In this document: piece after piece, positions 1 to 12,686 of the stretch
Layout: each line of letters begins with the position of its first letter
Position numbering within the stretch: the stretch's first letter is position 1
NCBI GenBank assembly: GCA_964016885.1
Contig: OZ024741.1
Coordinates: 167,586,001 to 167,650,000, forward strand
Source of the DNA: Eledone cirrhosa
Lineage: Eukaryota
Length of the DNA: 64,000 bases
Direction: 5' to 3'
Made by a program: the position numbers and the translations under genes
Notes under the pieces: model-generated
Databases searched by the model: none
What the model saw: the letters and a program-made list of their open reading frames with translations, nothing else
Told to the model about the DNA's origin: nothing

Positions 1-420
1 CAAAATCCACAAGAGAGATGACCCCTTAGCCTTTGTCAAGGCAGAATTCTAGGAGAAGGAAAACTCTGATATAAAACCTGCAACCCTGATGGTATTCAAT
101 GATGTTGACTTGTTCTTCATTTTGGTAAATATCATCTTGGTTAAGAGAGTGGGACTGGCTTTGTGCAGTGCCTTTGTCACTATAAAAGCTTCACGGCACA
201 GGCATTGCTTTATATCTTGAGATCTCTCTGCACTTGTCGTCACATGGTACCATGGGCCCAGCACTATGTGTCAATAATTGTCACAAGTGTAGTGTTTGTA
301 CCAGAGTTTTCAAGTCGCAGGCTGGACTAAAAAGTCACACTCGTTCAGCGCATCAGTAGGGGTTCTCCTACATGGATATAAAGTAATGGCCGTACTCGAA
401 AACGAGTTGGCAGTCACCAT
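1..420 (+). mobile_element. Non-autonomous RTE-derived element (5'UTR-like part plus C-terminal C2H2 zinc-finger remnant), cut by the window edge
   Basis: Near-identical to 13227-13648. Contains ctaggagaaggaaaactctga (RTE 5'UTR-type motif). About 279-359 reads [26 protein letters not shown] (C-x2-C-x3-F-x5-L-x2-H-x4-H). Ends in a (TA)n tract. Confidence 0.65.
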
Positions 421-627
421 GTATATTTGTATGTATATATATACATGTATATATGTATGTATATATATGTATGTAATGTATATATGTATTATATATGTAT
501 GTATATGTATATATATGTATATATATATATGTATGTATATGTATGTATGTATATATATATATATGTATGTATATGTATGTATATATATATGTATATGTAT
601 GTATATATATATATATGTATGTATATG

Positions 628-663
<36 letters not shown>
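420..663. repeat. Compound (TA)n/(TATG)n microsatellite
   Basis: Directly visible. Confidence 0.95.
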
Positions 664-664
<1 letters not shown>

Positions 665-1082
665 CATCATCATCATCATCATCAGGTTTAGCGTCCGTGT
701 TCCACGCTTGCATGGGTTTGGACGGGGGTTTTCCCACTTGAGGCAAGAGTGGTTGTCTTGCTCGCATAGGACTGTCTGGCGGGTTTTCTACAGTTGGATG
801 CCCTTCCTAACACCAACCACATTTACAGTGTGGGGCTGGGAGGTTTTTACCGTGTTGCCTACACGGCCACATTACAGTGTGGACTGTCTGGCGGGTTTTC
901 TACAGCTGGATGCCCTTCCTAACACCAACCACATTTACAGTGTGGGGCTGGGAGGTTTTTACCGTGTTGCCTACACGGCCACATTTACAGCGTGGACTGT
1001 GTGTTTTTTTGTCGTGACACCTACACGATCTCATTTGTTTCGGCCTGGATGTTGTGGGACCAACATAACTTTACATTGAAAG
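664..1082 (-). mobile_element. RTE LINE family A, 3'UTR fragment with (GAT)n tail
   Basis: (cat)n followed by sequence matching the 3'UTR of the RTE copy at 9194-9700, including the same ~110-bp internal duplication. Confidence 0.9.
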
Positions 1083-1129
1083 ATATATATATATATATAT
1101 ATGTGTGTATGTTTGTTTATACCTGTATG

Positions 1130-1266
1130 TACCACTTCGATTAAATGTGTACTGGACTTGAAAAACAATAAAGGCTAGGCTTGATATGGTATACTAAGCT
1201 CCTTCAAGGCAGTGCCTCAGCATGGCTGCAATCTCTTGACTGAAACTAATAAATAAATAAAGAATA
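1130..1266 (+). mobile_element. Degenerate SINE 3' part
   Basis: caaggcagtgcctcagcatggctgcaatc...actgaaac plus A-rich tail; similar to 39580-39672 and 53770-53985. Confidence 0.6.
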
Positions 1267-1611
1267 ATTAAGTTTGATATAAACTGTGAGACTGTTTAAA
1301 TTGTTTCTTTTAGAAATAATATTTTAAATGTTGAAACTACAACACTAAGCAAAGAAAAGTGTCCTGATTTACAAATTCTACAGGTAGATGCTTATATCAG
1401 AGACGACATATATAGAAAGATCTAGATATAGCTTTGTAAATGTAACATTTATATTGCCAATTTCCTAACACTATAAAATTTAACAATAAATGTATATAAA
1501 AATATAGTCAATGTTTTTTTTAATAAACTATTATATATATACATTCATGAAACATATGTATACAAAAACACATGCACACACGCACACACACATACATACA
1601 AAAACGTGTAT

Positions 1612-1749
1612 ATATTTATTATAAGAAACAGATTAAAGTTTAAGCAAACAATCATTGCTTTCACCCTCAACCGGTTCTTCAGAAGATCCCATTAAGGGTT
1701 AAAGCAGCGATCCCCCGCTCAAACTTTAATCTGTTCTTATAATAAATAT
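1612..1749. repeat. Imperfect ~138-bp palindrome (fold-back of a Penelope-type terminal repeat remnant)
   Basis: atatttattataagaaacagattaaagttt...aaactttaatctgttcttataataaatat; inner arms gctttcaccct/agggttaaagc; centre tcttc-a-gaaga. Confidence 0.75.
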
Positions 1750-1958
1750 TTGCTCTACGGGTTTTTATATATATATATATATATATCCTTATTGCGCCCT
1801 CTTCAGATTTTAGTCTTCACATTTATTATTACTATATATATGTGTGTTTATATATATGTGTGAATGAAGTAATTCCGTCGGAAAGGTCCAGGAAAAAAGA
1901 GTACTCTATGTAGGTTACAGAGCTTAATAGTTATGTAATAAACAACATAAGGCAATTA

Positions 1959-2019
1959 TTTCATTTACCAGTGGTTTCTTGAAAGCAATCAAATTTTGCT
2001 TTCAATCATCAGAATGAAA
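1959..2019 (-). ncRNA. Type I hammerhead ribozyme (minimal stem III)
   Basis: Minus strand: uuucauu CUGAUGA uugaaagcaa-aauuuga-uugcuuucaa GAAA ccacugg UA aaugaaa. 7-bp stem I, 10-bp stem II, near-palindromic stem III, GUA triplet. Confidence 0.9.
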
Positions 2020-2114
2020 AAATCCTGGTGTATTTATTGACATTGGATTTTAAAAACAAAAATATAATCTATATGAAAGTGAGGCTGGAAAAGGAAGAAA
2101 GAAACGAAAAATAA

Positions 2115-3504
<1,390 letters not shown>

Positions 3505-3505
<1 letters not shown>

Positions 3506-4500
3506 AGGTATAGGATTATCCAAGATGTAGTAATGGTTAATTACTACACTGGATATGGTTGACGTATGGTAAGAGGTTACTCTACGAGTTATGGTTGAAT
3601 TGTTGAAGAAACTTAGTTCCTGATCCTTCTGTATTCCGGAGTGTATATAAAGAATGAATAATAACAGGTAGACATCATAAAAAGGTAATTTATTCCGTGT
3701 GCTTACAAATGTTTCCACGGTGGTACTACAGCCTAGTTATGCTATGTGCAAATTTACAAGTATTTGCAGAACTCAAATATCCAATGCTGTGACCACTGTA
3801 TCCTCAGAGCAGAATGGTAAAATGTACAATGTAAATACCCTTAAATGGGGTTGTTGGGGAAGATAGAGTAGAAAAGGAAGAGAGAAAAGTAGGTGAGAGG
3901 GAGAGAGAAAAATATGCAGGGGTTAGAGAAGTAGGAGAGAGTGGTTTGTAGATATCTTAATCAAAATGTTATGGTAGGGGTTTTATTATACTGGTTACTT
4001 TTGGAGAGATGCGTTGATAGTTAAGGTCGGAATTATTTATTGCCCCAGAGGGCAGGTTCATAGATGTGGAGAGGGAGGTAGGCCAAAGGCGAGAGAGAGA
4101 GAGTGTAATGGATGTAGAGAGAGAGGTAGAGAGGGGACAGACGAAGTTTATGTGGTGAGTGAACTTTGGGTTTGTAGTAGTAATCTACGAATTGCACTGA
4201 GTTACCATTTATAGTGATAAGCAGTGTATTGTCTTGTAGTGTGGGGGAAGAGAAGGTGGTTAGCTAGAAAGCGATGTTATAGTTACGGGTTCGAATGTTA
4301 AGTTATTTTATAGTGAGAGAATTTAGCTTTTAGTTTGTGGTTGCAGTATAATGATCATTCAATTCTATCGTTAAGTAGTTTGTTTTTGGATTTTAATATG
4401 TAAAAGAGTTCAAGGTTACATAACCTGCAGTACTTCAATCCACTCCGATATGCACTTGCGCTGGAAAGTATATCCCATTTTATATCACATTCTACAATAT
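3505..4500 (-). mobile_element. Penelope-like element 3' fragment (end of GIY-YIG endonuclease plus terminal repeat with hammerhead)
   Basis: About 4486-4320 on the minus strand reads DIKWDILSSASAYRSGLKYCRLCNLELFYILKSKNKLLNDRIE*SLYCNHKLKAKF, homologous to the C-terminus of ORF 6835-7398. Hammerhead lies downstream at 3700-3811. Confidence 0.8.
3700..3811 (-). ncRNA. Type I hammerhead ribozyme with 85-nt stem II
   Basis: Minus strand: ugcu CUGAGGA uacaguggu...accaccgug GAAA cauuug UA agca. Inner pairings acagc/gcugu and ugcaaau/auuugca. GUA triplet. Confidence 0.8.
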
Positions 4501-4639
4501 CTTTTTGCATTAATTCAATCACAAGTCATATTTATTTTATCACCAAAATATGTCTATATAGTGTAAGTATGTATGTATACATACATACATATATGTATAC
4601 AGACGTACAGTAGTATGTATATATATATATACATACATG

Positions 4640-4696
<57 letters not shown>

Positions 4697-4819
4697 GTAT
4701 GGGTTTACCGAACATTTATTATAATGTTCGATTTGTTTGTAAACAAACAAACTGCCCGAATTACGCCGTACAGTGTTCAGGCACACATCATCGCCTTTTT
4801 GTTCAACACTGACACAGGA

Positions 4820-4862
4820 ACGATGTACTAGTTTCAAGCTTATTAGCTATCGTCAGCATCGT
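4820..4862 (-). ncRNA. Minimal type I hammerhead ribozyme
   Basis: Minus strand: acgaug CUGACGA u-agcu-aaua-agcu-u GAAA cuag UA caucgu. 6-bp stem I, palindromic stem III ACUAGU, GUA triplet. Confidence 0.88.
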
Positions 4863-5580
4863 ACACCTTCCTGCCAGATGCTTGAACGTCTGAAAGTATA
4901 TACTTTCCTTATGCATATTTACGGCTGAGCAGCCTAATTTGCATATCGAATGAGTTTAGTCGGCCGGGCACACCGAAAACGATAAATGGAATAGAATGAA
5001 ACGAAATTTCATTTCTCACTCTTAGTACAGCACTTACTTAAATATAAGTATGTATGTATGTATACGTACATACATATATGTATACAGACGTACAGTAATA
5101 TGTATATATATACATACATGCACACATATATATGCACGTATCGGTTTACTGAACATTTACTATATCGTCAGCATCGTATACCTTACTGCCAGATGGCTGA
5201 ACGTTTGAAAGTATATACTTTCCTTATGCATATTAACGGCTGAGCAGTCTAATTTGCATATCGAGTGAGTTCAGTCGGCTGGGCACACCGAAAACGACAA
5301 ATGGAATAGAATGAAACAAAATTTCATTTCTCACTCTTAGTACAGCACTTACTTAAATGTAAGTATGTATGTATACGTACATACATATATATATACAGAC
5401 GTACATTAGTATGTATATATATATATACATACATGCACACATATATATATGCACGTATCGGTTTACTGAACATTTATTATAATGCTCGGTTTGTTTGTTT
5501 GTAAACAAACAAACAGCCCGAATTACACCATACAGTGTTTAGACAACCACGCCACCTTTTTGTTCAACACTGACACAGGA

Positions 5581-5623
5581 ACGATGTACTAGTTTCAAGC
5601 TTATTAGCTATCGTCAGCATCGT
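5581..5623 (-). ncRNA. Minimal type I hammerhead ribozyme (identical copy of 4820-4862)
   Basis: Same 43 nt: acgatgtactagtttcaagcttattagctatcgtcagcatcgt. Confidence 0.88.
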
Positions 5624-5754
5624 ATACCTTCCTGCCAGATGGTTGAACGTCTGAAAGTATATATTTTCCTTATGCATATATATATGTGTGCATGTATATA
5701 TATATATATACAATGATATTAAATAAATGGAATCTATATTTATAAAACCATATT

Positions 5755-5819
5755 TATTTTATTATATATATTTCAAGGGCAACCAAGACAACATTGGTAC
5801 GCTTTCATCAGATAAAATA
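5755..5819 (-). ncRNA. Type I hammerhead ribozyme of the PLE terminal repeat
   Basis: Minus strand: uauuuuau CUGAUGA aagcguaccaa-uguuguc-uugguugcccuu GAAA uauaua UA auaaaaua. 8-bp stem I, AUA triplet. Confidence 0.85.
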
Positions 5820-6834
5820 CCAAGTTTCTTTTATAAATAGAGACATACCCATTAAAATCATACCTTATTGATTGGAAATTCACTAGATAATGGAAATATA
5901 TTAGGGATTATTCAACTTATGTGTGAATATGCAAATGAATAGGTAAATAATTGAAAAACAACCGTTTATTTAAATGACACTGGAGAGAGAGATAGAGAAA
6001 AAAAGAGAGAGAGAAAAAATAAAAATATTACGAGAGAGATAGAGAGAAGAAATTAACAAGAGGATGAGTAAAACTCATATAACGTTAATTTGGGGGAAGT
6101 ATATATCTAATGGTACGTGTATTTACGATTAATTAGTTGTTAAAATTCTTTTTTCATATAATATTTACTGTTATAAGTACGTAGAAAAATAGATAGAAAA
6201 ATAAATAAATAAATAAATAGATAAATAGATAAATAAATGAATGAATGGGTATATAGTGCTATAGATAATTGTTTTAATTAGTTATGAGGGATATTGGTTT
6301 TGTATTTAATGTAAGTAAATTTTAAGTTAAATTAAATTAAGTTAACTGAGTTAATAAGAATATTTATATTTATATATTTTAAAATGAGAAGATACGGAAA
6401 AAACTCCAGTTTTGTTTATTTATTCGTTAGTATGAGACTATTTTGTCAAAATAAGTATAAATGTTGAAAGATATATTTAGCCAGAATTAGTTAGAGGTTA
6501 TAAATCTAATAAAAGATATTGAAAAAATATTAAAAATTCGGGAAAATTAAAAAAAAAAAAATTTATAAGAGATAAGTAATTTCTAAAAAAATAAGTAATT
6601 AAAAAAAAATAGATAAAAAATTAAAGAAATAAAAAATAAAGAATAAAAAATTATTAAGATTAAAAATTACAATTAAAATTAAAATTTAAAAAATTAGAAT
6701 TATATATATATATATTTTAAGAAACTTTAAGAACTGAAATTATGGCAAATGTTATAGATATGATTTAGAGATATCAATATATTAAAACCAAGTGGATAAG
6801 ATTGTTATGGAAGTAAGTAGAAATATAAGTGTAA

Positions 6835-8538
6835 TTATAATTTATATATAGTTCTAAATGTTGAATTCAGGCGATATCTACAAGAACTAAATAAATTTGT
6901 CCTTATATTAATAGAGTTCTTACATTTAAGTATGAAAAAAATTTCCTCAACACACAATTTGCAAAATCTAGATAAAGCTGTGTTACGGTACGCGGGTGCT
7001 TTCGAAATTATTTCCCAAGTTAAAGAATAGTCCATATTCTTGCATTTTAAGTTCCATATCAGGTTTGAAAGAGAAGTTGAAGATTTTTTATCAAATCTTT
7101 GGAAAGAGCATTTGTGATTATTCCAGCGACTTTTAAATTCTGTAGAAGTTGCACCTACATAGTTAAATATATTATCACTGGTTTTGACTGTACATTTATA
7201 GACCACGTCTTTATCTAAACACTTATTTTGTAAAGGACAGTTTAATTTAATTCTACAGTTACATTTTGCGAAGTTGTTGTTATTCAGAACGGTACTATTA
7301 TGTTGGATATGGCTAGAGATATTGCTGATATTTTGGTTATTTTGGTTAGGGTTTAAATTTCTATTATTGATTCTATTTATATTTTGTGCTATGTTCATAG
7401 TAGTAGAGTAAGATAGTTTTATAGTATGTCTGTTAAAGATTGAGTGGTGTCTATGGGCTTTAGGAAAACATTTATCTAGTGCTTTAAAGAATAGCTTTGC
7501 TAAAGGTGTTTTAATGCTTAATAAGAATGGGGGTGAGTACCAAATAATATTTCTAGTTCTATTTCTTCTGTTAGTTTTAGAGTTTAAGTTAGATTTTTTA
7601 TTGTAATTATAATTAATAGTAGGGTTATTTGCCTTATCACTGTTGTCGATGTATTTAATCTTATTTATATAGCCTGCTCTATTTAAAGCTTCATTATAAT
7701 ATTCTGCCTCATCGTCAAAAATGTTTTTATTAGCGGAGATGCGTGAAATATGTTGTTGGATAGAATTGACAATAGTGTTCTTGATAGACCTAGGATGATT
7801 AGAGTTAAAACTTACATAGTTTAGATTCTCATTAATTTTATGGAATGGATAGTGTTAAGGTTTAATGTTACGTCTAAAAAGTTAATAATTTTATAGTTAT
7901 TCTCTATTTCTAACTTAAGGTTGTAGCTATTAAAGAATTGTATTATGGATTTTCTTTTCCTATTAATTTCACAATTATTATGATTTTCAATTAAAAGCAG
8001 CATATCATCACGATATAAACCACCGGTCATCTCTGGTATTTTTCTATGCTGTGTATTATTAATAAATAGCCCCACAAGATCCATTATTGCGCCGAGTCTG
8101 ATGATCCCATGGTGATATCAAAATTATTTTTTCTATCGGCTCTAGTCCAGAGATGTTGAATTCAATTAAAGTTTTCCGTGCGGTTAAAATGATATGCATT
8201 TCTTCGCTAGATAAATCTGTATGTTTAGATGCATAGATAAGAGCTTTATTAAGTAAATTAGGAGTAATGGAGGAGTAGTAGTTTGCAATATCCAATTGAA
8301 TGAATTTTTTGTTATGTTTAAATGTTATGTTATTGAACCAATCTATAACTTCGTTAGTACCGTTCCATAGTTTTAGGTAAAAGATTTCTTTAAGTTGCGG
8401 TATGATTCTATCTAATATATGTTTACTAACTATGCCTAAGTCTGATTTAGATGGTGCTATAAGTCTGACTGGTAGTTCTATTTCAAAGTTTCTTTTTCTC
8501 CAGTAATTCGTTGAGTGCTCTAAATCAGTTATAAACAT
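6835..8538 (-). pseudogene. Disrupted PLE ORF: reverse transcriptase plus GIY-YIG endonuclease
   Basis: ORFs 8059-8538, 7821-8084 and 6835-7398. CNCRIKLNCPLQNKCLDKDVVYKC...YVGAT...FKSRWNNH...CKLCVEE is a Cys-rich linker plus GIY-YIG domain. Confidence 0.9.
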
Positions 8539-8597
8539 TTATGTTTGTCGGACTTCCAACAAATTAAATACCACTTTTACTTATATATACATATATG

Positions 8598-8650
8598 TCA
8601 TCATCATCATCATCATCATTTAACGTCCATGTTCCATGCTTGCATGGGTT
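8598..8650 (-). mobile_element. Very short RTE 3' terminus
   Basis: (cat)n ttaacgtccatgttccatgcttgcatgggttt; same as 9194-9249. Confidence 0.8.
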
Positions 8651-8928
8651 TATATATGTATATACATATATGTATATATGTATATACATATATGTATATA
8701 CATACATATATGTATATGTATATAAATACATATATGTATATATGTATGTGTATATATATGTGTATATGTGTATGTATATATATATGTGTATATATATATG
8801 TGTGTGTATATGTGTGTGTATATATATATGTGTGTGTATATATATATGTGTATATATATATATATGTGTATATATATATATGTGTATATATATGTATATA
8901 TATATGTGTGTGTATATATATGTGTATA

Positions 8929-8959
<31 letters not shown>

Positions 8960-8960
8960 T

Positions 8961-8996
<36 letters not shown>

Positions 8997-9120
8997 TGTG
9001 TATATATATATGTATATATATATGTGTCTATATATATATGTGTCTATATATATATGTGTATATATATATGTGTCTATATATATATATGTGTCTATATATA
9101 TATGTGTATATATATATATA

Positions 9121-9159
<39 letters not shown>

Positions 9160-9193
9160 ATATACATATATGTGTGTATATATATGTGTGTGT
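8650..9193. repeat. (TA)n/(TG)n compound microsatellite
   Basis: Directly visible. Confidence 0.95.
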
Positions 9194-10922
9194 CATCATC
9201 ATCATCATCATCATCGTTTAACGTCCGTGTTCCATGCTTGCATGGGTTTGGACGGGAGTTTTCCCACTTGAGACAAGAGTGGTTGTCTTGCTCACATAGG
9301 ACTGTCTGGCGGGTTTTCTACAGTTGGATGCCCTTCCTAACACCAACCACATTTACAGTGTGGGGCTGGGAGGTTTTTACCGTGTTGCCTACACGGCCAC
9401 ATTACAGCGTGGACTGTCTGGCAGGTTTTCTACAGCTGGATGCCCTTCCTAACACCAACCACATTTACAGTGTGGGACTGGGACGTTTTTACCGTGTTGC
9501 CTACACGGTCACATTTACCGCGTGGACTGTGTGTTTTTTTTTTTCGTGACACCTACGCGATCTCATTTGTTTCGGCCTGGATTTTGTGGCACCAACATAA
9601 CTTTACATTGAAAGGGGCGGTGTGGATGGGGTGGGGGTGGTGGGACGGGGGTGTATTTTGTTAGAGATGCCTACTGACTGTAGTAGGTTTTACTTTTCAT
9701 TTAGGTAACGCGGGTCTTCTCTGTTACTGAGTACCGCCAAAGGTCTCGGTTCAGTGACATTGTCTTGGAGAGGTGTAAGTGTGTGAGGTCGGAATTTATC
9801 AGCTCGTCCCAGGTTTTTCTGGGTCTGCCTACTCCGTGGCTACCATCTATCTTTATTGCTCTGCACTTTGTTATACAGCTGTCGTCTTTCATGCGCATCA
9901 CGTGACCATACCAACTTAGCCTTCTCTCGAGTAAACAACATCTGATCCCTCTTATTTCTAATTTTTTCCTTAGTTCGTTTATGCTTTGCCGTTCGCGTAT
10001 ATTACTATTACACATCCAGCGGAGCATGCAAGCTTCGTTCCTCTCTAGTCTGCGTATATCCTCTGCACACAATGCCCAGGTCTCACTGCCATGCAACATT
10101 GCTGTTCGTATGCAGGCATCATACAACCTGCCTTTCACTTTTAGGGAGAACCCTTTAGCGGCTAATAGTGGTATAAGCTCTCTGAACTTTTTCCATTCAG
10201 TTCTGACTCTAGCTACTGTACTTTTGGAGCACCCTCCCCCACTGCTAATTTTGTCACCCAGGTAACGGAAGCTGTCCACTATTTCTATAGAACCCTCTGC
10301 GCAGTTGAAAGAGCTAGTATTTTGTGGGCACTTGCTGCTACTTATTGCACCAGAGCACCGGCCACATGTAAAATCTGTGTTCTTAGTTAGCTTACCTGTG
10401 ATCCCACTACATCTTTTATGCACCCATACTTTGCATTTGGGACATAAAATGGAGTTTCTACCTACGTCTTTCCTACACACTAAGCATAGCCATTTCCCGG
10501 AAGGGACCGGCGCCTTATTTTCTTTCCTACAAACTAGAACTTTAGTCTTAGCCATGTTAATTTCTAGGCCGTGCTTCCATGTTTGGAATTTCTTCTCTAG
10601 CTCGGCCATTGATTCAGCTATGAGCGTTAGATCATCTGCGTATAGGAGTTCCCATGGGCAGCCGGTCTTGAACTCCTCTGTTATAGCCTGAAGAGCAATA
10701 ATGAATAGTAGGGGGCTAAGAACAGAGCCCTGATGGACACCAACTTTTACGCTAAACTCTTCACTATATTCGTTGTTAATTCTAACCTTGCTCACTGTTT
10801 CTTTATACATGGCTTGTATAGCTCTCACAAGCCATTCGTCAACACCTAGTTTTCTAATAGCCCACCAGATAATGGAACGGGGGACTCTGTCGAAGGCTTT
10901 CTCCAAGTCGACAAAGGCTAAG
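9194..10922 (-). mobile_element. RTE LINE family A, 5'-truncated
   Basis: ORF 9701-10906 with EKAFDRVP, GVHQGSVLSPLLF, LLYADD and RTE-type C-terminus WYGHVMR...GRPRKTW; 3'UTR and (GAT)n tail. Confidence 0.95.
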
Positions 10923-11040
10923 TGTGTATATATATGTATATATATATATGTATGTAAAAAGTAAACAGAAATAGCAACACAATCGGTACAGTATATGGAA
11001 GGTATATATTAGGTTAACACTTGATATAGCAGGGAGAGGG

Positions 11041-11075
11041 TCTTAACGCTTCAGACGCTAGTCCTTCTCAGAAGA
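11041..11075 (-). ncRNA. Degenerate minimal hammerhead-like motif
   Basis: Minus strand: ucuu CUGAGAA ggac-uagc-gucu GAAG cg UU aaga. Stems fit, but two core positions deviate. Confidence 0.45.
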
Positions 11076-11372
11076 AAGAATGATAAATAAGATAGATTGA
11101 GGGGACGAGCGGGTTGGAATTGGAAAAAAATGTCTTTAGATAAAAATAACAGGTCCATTCATGTTGACATCTCTTGCAAAACATATATATATGTGTGTGT
11201 ATATATATAGGTGTATATATATGTGTGTGTGTATATATATGTGTGTGTATATGTGTGTGTGTATATATATGTGTGTGTGTGTATATATATGTGTGTGTGT
11301 GTGTATATGTATATGTGATATATATATATATATATAAATATAAGATCAAAAGATGGTTAAAAGAATTCTATG

Positions 11373-11443
11373 TATTTTATTATGCGCATTTCAAAAACAA
11401 ATATCATCATGAGATGACATTTGCGTTTTCGTCAGATAAAATA
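11373..11443 (-). ncRNA. Type I hammerhead ribozyme
   Basis: Minus strand: uauuuuau CUGACGA aaacgcaaaugucauc-ucau-gaugauauuuguuuuu GAAA ugcgca UA auaaaaua. Palindromic stem III AUGCGCAU. Stem I identical to that of 5755-5819. Confidence 0.9.
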
Positions 11444-11599
11444 GGGAGACATGATATGAAGGTTAAAAAACACTTGTGAAAAGTGCAGTTTTAAATCAAC
11501 ATATGAAAAGTAATTTAAGATATATATGTGTGTGTGTATATATATATGATATATATGTATATGTATATATATGTGTGTGTGTGTATATATATATATACA

Positions 11600-11756
11600 C
11601 AGAATTCAGATTTTCTATTGAATAAAGAAAGTAAAGATATGTATCTTTATTTGTGTGCTTGTGTGCGTGTGTGTGTGTGTGTGTTGTGTGTGTGTGTGTT
11701 TGAATTTCTTTATACATATCTTTACTTTCTTTATTCAATAGAAAATCTGAATTCTG
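11600..11756. repeat. Perfect 45-bp inverted repeat around a (TG)n spacer
   Basis: Arms 11600-11644 and 11712-11756 are exact reverse complements. Confidence 0.9.
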
Positions 11757-12217
11757 ACACCCCAGCGAACTAACCATATTCACTGAACCAGAACAATTCT
11801 CCCATCTCTTTCTCTTGACCATTATCTTTCACTTATCATAAAATTCTCTAAAAAGGCTACAGAATGCATTTCCAAATAAGGGCACGTAAATTTAATGAAA
11901 ACTTGTTCAGATGACAGCCATAATTTCATTTACAACCAACCAAAAAAAAGCCTTCATGAGCCCCTTTTTTCAAGTAAAAAGAAATTCAAACACTCATATA
12001 TGAAAAAACAACCTGTGACAACGCCCCCCCCCCCCCCCCCTCTTATTTGAAGAACTATTGTAACGCGAACTGGCGCGAAATTTATTATAATTATTGACAA
12101 AGCAATCAAATTACTTCTCGAAAAACCTGGCATTTCGAGCCACTTTTTCCATATAAAACAAGTAACATTCAGAGACCAACCAGATGTGAGAAAAACCAGA
12201 CCCTCCATCTCAACTCA

Positions 12218-12255
12218 CCTTTTGAAAAGGAGAAGAACTGCGAAACCGGTAAAGG
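12218..12255 (+). ncRNA. Minimal type I hammerhead with U3:A8 core variant
   Basis: ccuu UUGAAAA ggag-aagaa-cugc GAAA ccgg UA aagg. Palindromic stem III ACCGGU, GUA triplet, aataaa just downstream. One G.G mismatch in stem II. Confidence 0.7.
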
Positions 12256-12325
12256 AACCAAATAAATATATATATTTTTTTTTAAAAATAAGACTCCAGT
12301 TGCATTTTCGATTTCATCTCTTTTT

Positions 12326-12415
12326 CTATATATATAAATATGTGTATATATATATGTATAAATATGTGTATATATATATGTATAAATATGTGTATATATA
12401 TATATATATGTATAA

Positions 12416-12446
<31 letters not shown>

Positions 12447-12555
12447 AATGTGTATATATATATATATGTATAAATATGTGTATATTTATATATATATATG
12501 TATAAATGTGTATATATATATATGTATAAATATGTGTATATATATACATGTATAA

Positions 12556-12587
<32 letters not shown>

Positions 12588-12655
12588 GTGTATATATATA
12601 TGTATAAATATGTGTATATATATATATATATATATGTGTATATATATATGTATAA

Positions 12656-12686
<31 letters not shown>

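Larger units (their letters stand above)
4560..5680 (-). repeat. Tandem array of ~446-bp hammerhead-containing units (retrozyme-like), about 2.5 units, middle unit deleted
   Basis: atcgtcagcatcgta occurs at 4849, 5164 and 5610 (spacings 315 and 446). Flanks are homologous between units. No ORF. Confidence 0.8.
5712..8580 (-). mobile_element. Penelope-like retroelement (probably Naiad clade), 5'-truncated and frameshifted
   Basis: RT fragments (RLIAPSKSDLGIVSKHILD, QLDIANYYSSI, GLYRDDML, NFLDVTLNL), NIIWYSPPF linker, GIY-YIG domain, AT-rich 3' region and terminal hammerhead. Confidence 0.9.

Noticed and set aside
4350-4356. In-frame TGA in the PLE GIY-YIG remnant as possible selenocysteine (some Naiad elements encode Sec)
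   Set aside because: It aligns to a Leu position (RTNLFSSC in the neighbouring copy), not a Cys. The Cys codons are ordinary and I recognised no SECIS.
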